The notes beneath the pieces are model-generated. The model saw only the letters and a list, made by a program, of their open reading frames with translations. It searched no databases and was not told the DNA's origin. From the NCBI GenBank assembly GCA_024256285.1, contig JACGUG010000001.1:17191-81190 (forward strand): DNA of 64,000 nucleotides. Reading direction: 5' to 3'. Origin of the DNA: an archaeon (GTDB lineage: Archaea; Thermoproteota; Nitrososphaeria; Nitrososphaerales; JACAEJ01). How positions within the stretch are numbered: position 1 is the first letter of the stretch; every line of letters begins with the position of its first letter. This document shows, one piece after another, positions 36,187 to 45,709 of the stretch. Both the position numbers and the translations under genes were made by a program.

Positions 36187-36609
36187 TTGGTGAACTTGAG
36201 TTTATCGTATAGAGATCTATTAAAGAGGTTGAAGAACAGCCAGACTGTTACGCCGAAGGCTAAGGTTGCAAGGCTTGAGCTTCCTAAACCAGATGTTATC
36301 TGGGTCGGTCGTAAGACGATCTTCAGGAACTTCATGGATTTCTCTAGAATTATAAGGCGAGATCCAAATCACCTTTTGATGTCCTTAGCCAAAGAGTTAG
36401 CCACAGCTGCTTCTTTGGACAGGGAGAGGGCCATCTTCATTGGAAGGAAGGATAAACAGTCCTTCTCCGTCTTGATCGACCGCTACATGAAGTATTTCGT
36501 AAATTGCCCTATATGTGGGAGTTCGGATACACATCTTGAGAAATCCAGAAGGCTGAGGTTTTTGGTCTGTGAGGTATGTGGTGCAAGGTCTTCGGTCAAA
36601 TCTAAGTGA
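36187..36609 (+). CDS. eif2b: translation initiation factor 2 subunit beta
   Basis: YRDLLKRL...GRKTIFRNF...LAKELAT...CPICGSSDTHL...CEVCGA zinc ribbon. Confidence 0.9.
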   Translation: MVNLSLSYRDLLKRLKNSQTVTPKAKVARLELPKPDVIWVGRKTIFRNFMDFSRIIRRDPNHLLMSLAKELATAASLDRERAIFIGRKDKQSFSVLIDRYMKYFVNCPICGSSDTHLEKSRRLRFLVCEVCGARSSVKSK

Positions 36610-36935
36610 TAGAATTGGAGAAAAGCGAAAAGTGCTACGTGGCAAGAGTTATCAACTGGCAAGGAATGAGCTTAGTGAACGTCTGTGATAAAGAACTCAT
36701 AGGAAAGACCATCAGAGATGGGAAGGTTGAGATATGTATCTCACCAGATTATTTTAAAGGAGAGACCGTAAGCATAGAAGAGGCTCTTCTACTGATAAAG
36801 TCATCGTCTGTAGCGAACTTGGCAGGAGAGAAGATCGTTATTGAAGTCATAAAGGCCAAACTAGCGTCAGAGCACGCAGTCAAGAAGGTCGGGAAAACAC
36901 CTTTCTTGATGATCTTCAAATTTGTGAGACTATAG
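36606..36935 (+). CDS. DUF424-family protein
   Basis: Overlaps the aIF2-beta stop by 4 nt, which is the usual archaeal partner arrangement. ...VNVCDKELIGK... Confidence 0.65.
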   Translation: MIELEKSEKCYVARVINWQGMSLVNVCDKELIGKTIRDGKVEICISPDYFKGETVSIEEALLLIKSSSVANLAGEKIVIEVIKAKLASEHAVKKVGKTPFLMIFKFVRL

Positions 36936-36944
36936 TTTTTATGT

Positions 36945-37367
36945 TCATCTTTTAACGCTTGCTTCTTTCAAGGCTGGTAAGCTTTGCCAAAGAGCCATAG
37001 CTGTCATTATGAAGATTATCCAATCCGGTATCAAAAAGAATAACAGGACTGTAGAAAATAGACCCATCGTGATAGCTGTCAAAGAGATGATCAATGCCAT
37101 CCTAGGAACTTTCTTTCTATATAACCTCCAACCTATGTAAAGGTTCAGAAGGCCTCCAACAAAAAGGAAGAGAGATATCTCTATAAAAGCCCTCCACAAC
37201 AATATTATGGAGAGAATCAGGTAGGCCCCACCAACCATATGAAGGTATGCCAAAGCACTGAAGGGCGATGGTGTTAAAGGAGCTTTTTCTGAAAGCTTAA
37301 AACCACAATTGCCGCAGAAAATAAACTCTTCTGGGTTCTTGAAACCACATCGCTTACATTTGACCAA
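36945..37367 (-). CDS. zinc-ribbon membrane protein
   Basis: N-terminal CKRCGFKNPEEFIFCGNCG followed by four TM helices. Confidence 0.6.
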   Translation of the reverse strand: MVKCKRCGFKNPEEFIFCGNCGFKLSEKAPLTPSPFSALAYLHMVGGAYLILSIILLWRAFIEISLFLFVGGLLNLYIGWRLYRKKVPRMALIISLTAITMGLFSTVLLFFLIPDWIIFIMTAMALWQSLPALKEASVKR

Positions 37368-37541
37368 ATCGACTCATCTTATGCTTCGTATATGATTGGT
37401 TGGTTTATTTAGACTTTATCGTCCAGATTTATCTAATCTGCCATCCATTCAGGTCAGTAAAATCGGCAAAGGAAAGCGGTAAAAGATATATTCTTGTTTG
37501 TGAAATATCTTTTGAAAGCTGATTTATTGAAGTGATTACGA

Positions 37542-37850
37542 ATGGGAAAGAGAAAAGTCCTAAGTGAAGAGGAGTTAAAGGAGCTCACCCTCCCCGGTGA
37601 AGGACAGTTGTTTGGTAGAGTCATCAAGCTTATGGGGGGGGACAATATAATGGTAAAATGCTCTGATGGTAAGACAAGGTTAGGGAGGATTAGAGGAAAG
37701 CTGAAGAGGAGAATATGGATAAGGGAGAACGATGTTGTGATAATCGCACCATGGGACTTCAACGACGAGAGGGGCGATATACTCTGGAGATATACATGGG
37801 CACAAGTGGACTGGTTGAAGGAGAACAACCACATCCCAAAGGAACTATAG
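37542..37850 (+). CDS. eif1a: translation initiation factor 1A
   Basis: LPGEGQLFGRVIKLMGGDNIMVKCSDGKTRLGRIRGKLKRRIWIRENDVVIIAPWDF. Confidence 0.9.
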   Translation: MGKRKVLSEEELKELTLPGEGQLFGRVIKLMGGDNIMVKCSDGKTRLGRIRGKLKRRIWIRENDVVIIAPWDFNDERGDILWRYTWAQVDWLKENNHIPKEL

Positions 37851-37906
37851 CATTGTAAACTGTTAGCACTTGAAATATCATCTTCTCCCCATCTTTAGAT
37901 GTATTA

Positions 37907-38692
37907 TTGATTATGGAATTAGATGATAAGACTCTAAAGAAGCTCTCACAAAGGATATCTAAGTATGAGAAGGAGAGCAGGGCCCTTAGGAAGGACTCTG
38001 ATGATTATGAGGTTGTAGAAGAGGTTTTCGATAAACGGACTCTGATCGCCATCCATCACCTTATGAACTCCAAAGTACTAAGATGTTTGAATGGAGTCGT
38101 TAGCTCAGGGAAGGAGGCAAGAGTTTATTGGGGGGAGAGGGATGATGGTTCTTCGGTCGCGGTGAAAATTTATCTGACTGTTACAGTCGAGTTCAAGAAA
38201 AGATTACCTTACATAATTGGAGACCCACGTTTTAAGAATGTCAGGCGGGGCTCACGTAATATAGTCGAACTTTGGGCACAAAAGGAGTATAAGAACCTCA
38301 TGACGGTTTATGATGTCGGCATTCCTGCACCAAGACCCTTCGCTATCAAAAGAAATGCACTTGTGATGGAGTTCATCGGCAGTGATGGGAGTCCTGCCCC
38401 TCTCCTTAACGAAGTCGATGTGAAACAGAATGACTATAGAAGAGTCATCTCTTTGATCGAGAGGCTTTATAAAGATGCGAATCTAGTTCATGCAGACCTA
38501 TCAGAGTACAACATCTTCAAGCATGGCAAGCGCCTCATCCTCTTTGACTTTGGCTCCGCTGTCGATGTAAGGCACCCCCTTGCGAAAGAGTTTCTCATAA
38601 GAGATATAACCAACGTGAACCGTTTCTTTAGTAAGCGTGGTTTAAAGGTGGAATCTCTGGAAAGAATTTTGAAAAGGGTGGTTTATGCTTGA
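37907..38692 (+). CDS. rio1: RIO-type serine/threonine protein kinase (Rio1)
   Basis: ...GVVSSGKEARVYWG...AVKIY...LVHADLSEYNI...FDFGSAV. Confidence 0.9.
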   Translation: MIMELDDKTLKKLSQRISKYEKESRALRKDSDDYEVVEEVFDKRTLIAIHHLMNSKVLRCLNGVVSSGKEARVYWGERDDGSSVAVKIYLTVTVEFKKRLPYIIGDPRFKNVRRGSRNIVELWAQKEYKNLMTVYDVGIPAPRPFAIKRNALVMEFIGSDGSPAPLLNEVDVKQNDYRRVISLIERLYKDANLVHADLSEYNIFKHGKRLILFDFGSAVDVRHPLAKEFLIRDITNVNRFFSKRGLKVESLERILKRVVYA

Positions 38693-39249
38693 GCTTTCAA
38701 AGGACTTTGAAGCTCCCACAAGATCGTATAGGAGTTTTGGTGGGAAAGAGCGGGGCGATAAAGAGCGAGATAGAGCGCAGATGTGGCGTAACCCTATCTA
38801 TCGATAGCAAGACTGGTGAGGTTACGATCGATTCAGGGAGCGATATTGTACAATCACAGCCCTTTAAGGCAGCAGAGATCGTAACGGCAATAGGAAGGGG
38901 TTTCTCGCCTCATAAGGCCTTCAAGCTTTTAGACGAAGACATCGTTTTGAGGGTGGTCGATCTAAGAGATTATGCAGGCAAGTCCAGCAACTCTCTGAAG
39001 CGCATAAAGGGCAGGATTATAGGACTAGGAGGCAAGGGTAGAAGGACTATAGAGGAGTTCACCGGTACTTATATCTCCGTCTTTGGTCATACTGCAAGTG
39101 TAATGGGTAGGATCGATGAAGTTAGATCGGCTCTAGAGGCGATAGATATGCTCGCTTCGGGGAGTATCCACAAGACGGTATACAACATGCTTCAGAGAGA
39201 GAAGAGAAAAGCCAAAATAGATCGTATGAAACTTTGGGAAGAGTTTTAA
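38689..39249 (+). CDS. KH-domain RNA-binding protein (Pno1/Dim2-like)
   Basis: Two KH motifs (IGVLVGKSGAIK, GRIIGLGGKGRRTIE), in the conserved aIF1A-Rio-KH neighbourhood. Confidence 0.85.
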   Translation: MSFQRTLKLPQDRIGVLVGKSGAIKSEIERRCGVTLSIDSKTGEVTIDSGSDIVQSQPFKAAEIVTAIGRGFSPHKAFKLLDEDIVLRVVDLRDYAGKSSNSLKRIKGRIIGLGGKGRRTIEEFTGTYISVFGHTASVMGRIDEVRSALEAIDMLASGSIHKTVYNMLQREKRKAKIDRMKLWEEF

Positions 39250-39250
39250 C

Positions 39251-40795
39251 TTGACCGACGAACGTGTTGAATTCTCTGAAATCTCTCCCAGTGAGTTCTT
39301 CTATAGGAATAGAGACCTAGCTGGATTCAGTAGCCCTTCCCGTGCATTATATTCAGCCATCAGAGAACTCTTTGAGAACAGTCTTGATGCATGTGAACTT
39401 TATGGCATACTTCCAGATGTCTTTATCAGGGTAACTCCTTTAGACCTCTATACCACTGATTCAGACCCCAAGGCATACCTCATCGAGGTGCAGGACAATG
39501 GCTTTGGCATCCCTCCTAAACACGTTCCAAAGGCTTTTGGTCAAGTCTTCTTCGGCTCAAAGTTTCAATTAAAGCAGTCAAGAGGCATGTTCGGCATGGG
39601 TGGTAAGATGGCGATACTTTATGGTCAGATAACGACCAATAAACCAGTAAGTATAACTACATCGGTCGATGGGGTTCAAGCCTTTACTTTTGACATACTT
39701 ATCGACATACAAGAGAATGCCCCAATAATTCTGAAGAAGTCCTCTCATCCCGCTGAAGGGTCTACTGGGACTACAGTGAGATTAGCCTTGAATGGTGATT
39801 ACCAAAGAGCATCTCAAAAGGTCAGGGAATACTTTAAGCAGGCAGCCATGGTAACGCCTTACGCCAATATAACATTTGTTGACCCTTATGGGCGCTTAAT
39901 TATTTATGAGAGGGGCACGAAGAGCATGCCACCCCCATCTAAAGAGATCTTACCTCACCCTTATGGGATGGATGTTGAAGCCCTTCGTAGGTTGATCAGA
40001 CAATCAAAGGAAGATATCATGGTCAAGTTCATGTCGAAGAGCTTTCATAGAGTCGGTGATAGAGTCGCAAAAAAGTTCCTTGATTATGTTGGTTTCGATC
40101 AAAATAGAGACCCGAAGAGCCTATCTAACGATGATATTACAAAGTTCATCAGAGCCCTCCATGAGTACGATAATTTCCTACAGCCGGACGCAAGCTGTCT
40201 ATCTCCACTCGGAAAAGAAAATCTGATGGTCGGTATCGAGAAAGAGTTGGGACCAGAGTTCGTAGCTGTAGCCACTCGCCCCCCCTCCGCCTACTCAGGT
40301 TTCCCTTTCATCGTAGAAGTCGGTCTGGCTTATGGGGGAAAGATCATCCCATCAGGTACAAAACTTTTCAGGTTTGCCAATAGGATCCCCCTCCTTTATG
40401 ATGAAGCAAATGATGTCTCATCTAAGGTTATAAATGAGGTAGATTGGAAACGCTATAAAGTGCCACAGAACGCACCCATAGCCATTATAACTCATATATG
40501 CTCCACGAGGATACCCTACAAGACTGTAGGGAAAGAGTACCTGGCAGACAGACCTGAGTTGGAGAGGGAGTTGAAGAACGCTGTAAGGGAGGCACTTAGG
40601 AAACTCAAACTTTACCTTTCGAAGAAAAACTCTATTGCGATGGTCAAGAGAAAGCTCAACATCTACAGCAAATACCTTCCATTAATAGCGAAGTTCTCTA
40701 CGGAACTATCAGGGGCAAAGCGCTTACCACGCTACGATAGACTTCTAAATAGGAAGCAGATTCAAGGAGACCGTGAGGATGATACCGAAATCTGA
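39251..40795 (+). CDS. top6B: DNA topoisomerase VI subunit B
   Basis: Bergerat fold motifs ELFENSLDA, VQDNGFGIP, GMFGMGGK. TTG start. Confidence 0.95.
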   Translation: MTDERVEFSEISPSEFFYRNRDLAGFSSPSRALYSAIRELFENSLDACELYGILPDVFIRVTPLDLYTTDSDPKAYLIEVQDNGFGIPPKHVPKAFGQVFFGSKFQLKQSRGMFGMGGKMAILYGQITTNKPVSITTSVDGVQAFTFDILIDIQENAPIILKKSSHPAEGSTGTTVRLALNGDYQRASQKVREYFKQAAMVTPYANITFVDPYGRLIIYERGTKSMPPPSKEILPHPYGMDVEALRRLIRQSKEDIMVKFMSKSFHRVGDRVAKKFLDYVGFDQNRDPKSLSNDDITKFIRALHEYDNFLQPDASCLSPLGKENLMVGIEKELGPEFVAVATRPPSAYSGFPFIVEVGLAYGGKIIPSGTKLFRFANRIPLLYDEANDVSSKVINEVDWKRYKVPQNAPIAIITHICSTRIPYKTVGKEYLADRPELERELKNAVREALRKLKLYLSKKNSIAMVKRKLNIYSKYLPLIAKFSTELSGAKRLPRYDRLLNRKQIQGDREDDTEI

Positions 40796-40849
40796 TTTCT
40801 ACTATCCCTCAAAATTATGCTGATCTTTTCTAATTATATGAATTCGGGA

Positions 40850-41011
40850 TCAATCTATAAGCTCGACTTCGAAGTCAAAGGCAGAGGTCGACTTTGCCAT
40901 AATCCCTAACACTTCGATAAGCATATTGCCCAGATAGACTTTGTCTGCCCATGCAGATTTTGGCTTGAACTTCACCTTGAAGGCTATTTCTTGCTCCAAT
41001 TTACACTCCAC
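40850..41011 (-). CDS. possible small protein (53 aa) antisense-oriented between top6B and dcd
   Basis: Manual translation from GTG 41011: MECKLEQEIAFKVKFKPKSAWADKVYLGNMLIEVLGIMAKSTSAFDFEVELID*. Below the track size cutoff, with no homology recognised. Confidence 0.2.
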   Translation of the reverse strand: MECKLEQEIAFKVKFKPKSAWADKVYLGNMLIEVLGIMAKSTSAFDFEVELID

Positions 41012-41137
41012 ACCAAGTAGATTTTAATGCCTTTTAAACTTGAAGTGCTAATTATATTGTGATTAGTAAGAAAAGTATCTTATTTAAAATTCCACTCACA
41101 ACATTTTTAATGCCATCTCCTTCCCCTTAAGAAGAAG

Positions 41138-41662
41138 ATGATACTGAGCAATTCAGATATACATGAGCACATCAGAAACAAGGCCTTGATAATAACTCCT
41201 TTTAGCGAAGAGATAGTGCGTGAAAACGGCATAGATCTGAGACTTGGGAATGAAATAGCCCGTTTAAAAAGAACAGATAGCATCTTCGACACTCGAAGCG
41301 AAGTCGATAAACCTGAGCAGTTCTTTAAGAGAGAGGTGGCCAACTCTTTCATCATCAACCCTTATGAGAGGTTGCTTACATGTACCCTTGAGTCGATAGA
41401 ATTGAAAAATGACCTTATGGGGTTTGTAAATCTAAGAAGCTCTTACGCAAGAGTTGGCTTGACCTTACCTCCTACGATAATCGATGTGGGCTTTAAAGGA
41501 CAGTTGACTATTGGAGTGGTAGGAGGCGCTTTTCCAGTAAGGCTTTACGCTGGAGATAGGTTCTTTCACGTGGTATTGGCAAAGTTGACATCAGAGTCTT
41601 TTCTATATCGTGGCGCATACTTAGGTCAAAGAGGGGTAACTTATCCGAAGTTCCAACCATAA
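41138..41662 (+). CDS. dcd: dCTP deaminase (dUTPase superfamily)
   Basis: MILSNSDIHEHI...ENGIDLRLG...SSYARVGL...IDVGFKGQLTI. Confidence 0.85.
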   Translation: MILSNSDIHEHIRNKALIITPFSEEIVRENGIDLRLGNEIARLKRTDSIFDTRSEVDKPEQFFKREVANSFIINPYERLLTCTLESIELKNDLMGFVNLRSSYARVGLTLPPTIIDVGFKGQLTIGVVGGAFPVRLYAGDRFFHVVLAKLTSESFLYRGAYLGQRGVTYPKFQP

Positions 41663-41668
41663 AGATTT

Positions 41669-42796
41669 ATGTGGCATCGTTATCTCAATAAGACGATGGT
41701 CAAAAAAGGCTCCAAGAAAGATAGGTCAAGTTCTAGAAAGAAAAACATAGAGAAGCTCTTCAAGGATATGGGCACAAAGGTATACTCCGAAATAGATGAG
41801 GGCGCTTTTCCAGAGATAACCTTTCCCCGTAGATCTGTAAAGAACATAATCTACGACAAAGACCTGAGGCAGTACGTTCTCGGTTCAGATTCTGTCAAAA
41901 GATCGTCACAGAATATAAAGCACATTCGTCCCTTCACACAGCTGATCTGGCTGACTTTCTTCGTCAATAAGCTGGTCGATCAAGGTAAGACTAGTACGCT
42001 TAGAGATGTATTTTACTCTGCCCAAGCCTATGACATGGAGTTCGTAGATCAGGCAGAATCCAATGAGATCATCACTGATCTGGAAGTGGTTCTGTCTAGA
42101 GCAAGGGAGGACTTCAATGTCTATCCTGAAGAGCGCTCAGCTATATTTGGCGATCTTACGATAGAATATACTGTGCCAGGGTATGAGGGAAAGAAATTGA
42201 ACTTGGCCTCCCATCCAGATGGTTATCTGATAGGACCGAGCTTGAGCACCGCCGACTTTGTAGATACGTCTGCTGAGATGGTCTTGGCTGTAGAAAAGGG
42301 TGGTCTATTCACTAGGTTCGTTGAAGAAGAGGTGCATAATAGGTATAAAGCGCTGATAATAAATACTTCAGGTCAGCCTCCTCGCTCCACAAGGTATATG
42401 CTGAGAAGGTTAAATCAAGAGTTGAATCTGCCGATTTACATTCTTACCGACGCCGACCCCTATGGGGAGCACATAGCCATGGTGATAATCTCGGGCTCTG
42501 CCAACGCTGCCCATCTGAGAGAGTTGACCGTTCCATCGGGCAAGTGGATAGGGGTTTGGGGGAGTGATATAATAAAGTACAAACTCCCGAGCGATCCTCT
42601 AAGAGAGATAGATATCAAGCGTGTTCATGAGCTCAAGAAAGACCCAAGGTATAGCGGTGGGATATGGCAGAAGGAACTCGATGTGTTCCTCAAGATAAAA
42701 AGGAAGAGCGAGCTCGAAGCCTTTGCAAAGTACGGTCTGACTGCAATAACAGACAGATACCTGCCTGAGAAGTTAGAGATCGCCAAAAGCCTCTAA
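41669..42796 (+). CDS. top6A: DNA topoisomerase VI subunit A (Spo11 family)
   Basis: ...LRDVFYS... catalytic-Tyr region, Toprim VLAVEKGGLF and LTDADPYGEHI. Confidence 0.95.
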   Translation: MWHRYLNKTMVKKGSKKDRSSSRKKNIEKLFKDMGTKVYSEIDEGAFPEITFPRRSVKNIIYDKDLRQYVLGSDSVKRSSQNIKHIRPFTQLIWLTFFVNKLVDQGKTSTLRDVFYSAQAYDMEFVDQAESNEIITDLEVVLSRAREDFNVYPEERSAIFGDLTIEYTVPGYEGKKLNLASHPDGYLIGPSLSTADFVDTSAEMVLAVEKGGLFTRFVEEEVHNRYKALIINTSGQPPRSTRYMLRRLNQELNLPIYILTDADPYGEHIAMVIISGSANAAHLRELTVPSGKWIGVWGSDIIKYKLPSDPLREIDIKRVHELKKDPRYSGGIWQKELDVFLKIKRKSELEAFAKYGLTAITDRYLPEKLEIAKSL

Positions 42797-42839
42797 AATG
42801 ATAAACTTATTTAAGGAAGATATCGGATATTGAGGGGAG

Positions 42840-43040
42840 TTGGGGACATCCAAAACCACCGAGACAAGGATCGATATATTCATCCGATTCATAGGCTTGA
42901 TCTTCTTAATTTTAGGTATATTGCTGGCTTACTTTACAGCAACGACTCCCATCGTGCCTCAGATATCCCCTATATACTACCTCGTCTCGATCATCTGCAT
43001 GATTTCTGGTCTAGTTGCGCTCATTTCAAGACTGGAATGA
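42840..43040 (+). CDS. small membrane protein
   Basis: 66 aa with two TM helices. Preferred over the overlapping ORF 42830..43048. Confidence 0.4.
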   Translation: MGTSKTTETRIDIFIRFIGLIFLILGILLAYFTATTPIVPQISPIYYLVSIICMISGLVALISRLE

Positions 43041-43101
43041 TAACTTAAGTTAAAGATAAAACAATAACATTAAAATTATAACCCTAAATTGCTATAAGAT
43101 C

Positions 43102-44154
43102 ATGAGTGACAAGATAAAAGTTGCATTGATAGGTGTAGGAAATAGTGCATGCACTCTAACTCAAGGAATGGGTTACTATAGTGAAGATGACTCTCGGAAC
43201 GGTCTTTGGCACAAGGTTGTAGGAGGGTATAGAGTCAAGGATTTAGAATTGGTGGGTGCTTTTGATGTAGACTCTAAGAAGATAGGGCTCGACCTTTCCG
43301 AGGCGATATTTTCAAAACCCAATGTGGCAGAGAAGTACTTGGATCTAAAACCTCTAAATGTTGAGGTAAAGAGAGGCATCTTATATGACGAGTTTCCTCA
43401 TCACCTAAAAAACTCTCTTGATGTCGATGCTGGGGAGCCCGATGATATAGTCGATGCGTTAAAGAGTAGTAAGGCAGATGTCTTGGTGAACCTTATCTTA
43501 TCTGGATTGGATAGAACATCTAAGGCTTATGCTGAGATCGCGATCGAATCGAAATGTTGCTTCATCAATGCTACTCCATCACCTATAGCATCCGATAAAG
43601 CATTTGTGGAGGAGTTCAAGGAAGCAGATCTGGTTGTAGCTGGAGACGACCTTATGAGCCAATTCGGCGGAACTGCTTTTCATAAAGGAGTCCTCGATTT
43701 TATGCATGGTAGAGGCATCAAGATCACAAGAAGTTACCAGCTCGATGTTGGCGGAGGAACCGAGACTTTGAATACATTGGATGAAGATATAAAGTTCATG
43801 AAGAGGGAGATGAAAACTAGAGCGATATCTATGGAGTTGCCTTACGAGTTCGAGACAGTTACAGGGACTACAGACTATGTCGATTATATGAGAAATAAGA
43901 GGACTAGCTACTACTGGATACAAGGGGATGGTTTCTTAGGCTCCCCGATTATGGTCGATATATATCTGCGTACATCCGATGGGCCTAACGCCGGAAATAT
44001 CTTGCTCGATGTGATAAGAGCTGTCAAAGTAGCCAAAGATAGAGGAGAGTTTGGCGCACCATCAGAAATTTGTGGCTATGGTTTCAAGAATACTCTAAAG
44101 CCAGTAAAGCTAAAGGATGCACACCAAAACTTCTCTTTAAGATACATAGGTTGA
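43102..44154 (+). CDS. ino1: inositol-3-phosphate synthase (myo-inositol-1-phosphate synthase)
   Basis: KVALIGVGNSACTLTQGMGYY...GGYRVKDLELVGAFDVDSKKIGLDLSEAIF follows the Ino1 N-terminus (actinobacterial/archaeal type). Confidence 0.85.
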   Translation: MSDKIKVALIGVGNSACTLTQGMGYYSEDDSRNGLWHKVVGGYRVKDLELVGAFDVDSKKIGLDLSEAIFSKPNVAEKYLDLKPLNVEVKRGILYDEFPHHLKNSLDVDAGEPDDIVDALKSSKADVLVNLILSGLDRTSKAYAEIAIESKCCFINATPSPIASDKAFVEEFKEADLVVAGDDLMSQFGGTAFHKGVLDFMHGRGIKITRSYQLDVGGGTETLNTLDEDIKFMKREMKTRAISMELPYEFETVTGTTDYVDYMRNKRTSYYWIQGDGFLGSPIMVDIYLRTSDGPNAGNILLDVIRAVKVAKDRGEFGAPSEICGYGFKNTLKPVKLKDAHQNFSLRYIG

Positions 44155-44222
44155 GCTCAAAGATGCAATATCCCAAAATATTTTAAGCGGTAAAATTATC
44201 TATAAGATATGCTGAGGTATCT

Positions 44223-44537
44223 ATGAATATGACAGATCGAAGTTGGGGGGCGGCCATCAGAGAGCGTAAAAAATCGCTAGAGAATCTGGTACCTAAAGAT
44301 CGCCTTGGATACGTAGAGGGATGTATCCAGTCAATCTTAGCGGTAAATCAGAGCATCAATGGATGGATGCAGTGGTTATCGAACCCCATGAAGATGGGCA
44401 AATTTGAAGAAGAAGAGCTCAAGCTCTTTTTCGATAAGCTAAAACAGTTTGCTCTGGATTTCCTTGAGTTTGATCGAGACGTCACGGAGAAGGACGAGAA
44501 GGAGAGGGCAAGACCCAAGGTAGAGCACTTCAAGTAA
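44223..44537 (+). CDS. hypothetical protein
   Basis: 104-aa helical ORF. Confidence 0.4.
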   Translation: MNMTDRSWGAAIRERKKSLENLVPKDRLGYVEGCIQSILAVNQSINGWMQWLSNPMKMGKFEEEELKLFFDKLKQFALDFLEFDRDVTEKDEKERARPKVEHFK

Positions 44538-44668
44538 AAGCGATAGCATTACAGTAAATTCATGAGCTTTACCTTCAATCCTTCCTTCCAATTTGAACAG
44601 ACTTCTGCCACAAAAATAAATAGATGTATGAATAGGTGGGGATAAGGGCATTTAACGGTGAAGATCAG

Positions 44669-45565
44669 ATGAAGATATTGGTAACAGGGTCTGCAGGATT
44701 CATAGGTGCTCGTCTGTGTGAGGGCCTCAAGGAGGAAGGGTATTTTGTTAGAGGGTTCGACAGAATATCGGTGCGAGAAGGGTATGCCGACGAACATATT
44801 GTCGGTGATCTGCTAGAACCAGAGCAAGTGGACTATGCTGTCAGTGGAACCGATGCCGTCTTCCATCTCGCTGCTATAGCCAATGTGAATTATGCAAGAG
44901 AACATAGCCTTGAGACGGTAAAGGTAAATGTCATGGGAACGTCCAACGTATGTGAAGCGTGTAAGAAATACCATGTACCGATCTACTATGCGTCGACATG
45001 TTGCGTTTACGGCAATACATCTGCTCATCCTACACATGAAGAAGCTCCGCTAAAACCTACTGAGATATATGGATGCACAAAACTTGCTGGCGAATATGTA
45101 ATCTTGGGCTACAATCGCTTGTTTGGAGTCCCCTTTAACATAATGAGATATTCGACTGTGTATGGAAAGGGTATGAGAAAAGAGCTCGCCGTCTTCATAT
45201 TTCTTGAAAAGGCCATTAGAGGAGAGCCGATCCCAATCGACGGTTCTGGTAAGCAGACAAGAAGTTTCATCTACATAGGCGACCTCATAGAGGCCAATAT
45301 ATCACTTTTGAAGAGTGGCGTGATGAACGAGATATTCAATATGGCTGGCAGAGAAGAGGTAAGTGTGTTGGAGGTTGCAGGAGAAGCTTTAAGGTTGGCA
45401 GGAGACCCTAATAACAGATTGTTTTTCAGAGAAGATCGCCTTGGGCAGGTCATGAAGGAGCAGATCGATATTTCGAAAATTAGAGGAACGATAGGTTGGG
45501 AACCGAAGGTTGGGTTCAAACTTGGAATGAAGAACACATTTAACTGGATCAGGGAGATGATCTAA
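44669..45565 (+). CDS. NAD-dependent sugar epimerase/dehydratase (SDR, UDP-glucose 4-epimerase-like)
   Basis: MKILVTGSAGFIG Rossmann motif and YGCTK catalytic YxxxK. ATG 44669 is preferred over the track start. Confidence 0.85.
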   Translation: MKILVTGSAGFIGARLCEGLKEEGYFVRGFDRISVREGYADEHIVGDLLEPEQVDYAVSGTDAVFHLAAIANVNYAREHSLETVKVNVMGTSNVCEACKKYHVPIYYASTCCVYGNTSAHPTHEEAPLKPTEIYGCTKLAGEYVILGYNRLFGVPFNIMRYSTVYGKGMRKELAVFIFLEKAIRGEPIPIDGSGKQTRSFIYIGDLIEANISLLKSGVMNEIFNMAGREEVSVLEVAGEALRLAGDPNNRLFFREDRLGQVMKEQIDISKIRGTIGWEPKVGFKLGMKNTFNWIREMI

Positions 45566-45709
45566 TCTTGAGAGAAAGGATGAAGGAGGAAAGAGCCTCT
45601 GAGGAAGATTTTAAGAAAACAGGTTTGATTGTTATGCTGTTGAGAATAATTGGAAGAGAGCGTTTCTTAAAAAACTTTAGAAGAGCGGGGAAAAAATCAA
45701 GATAATAAC

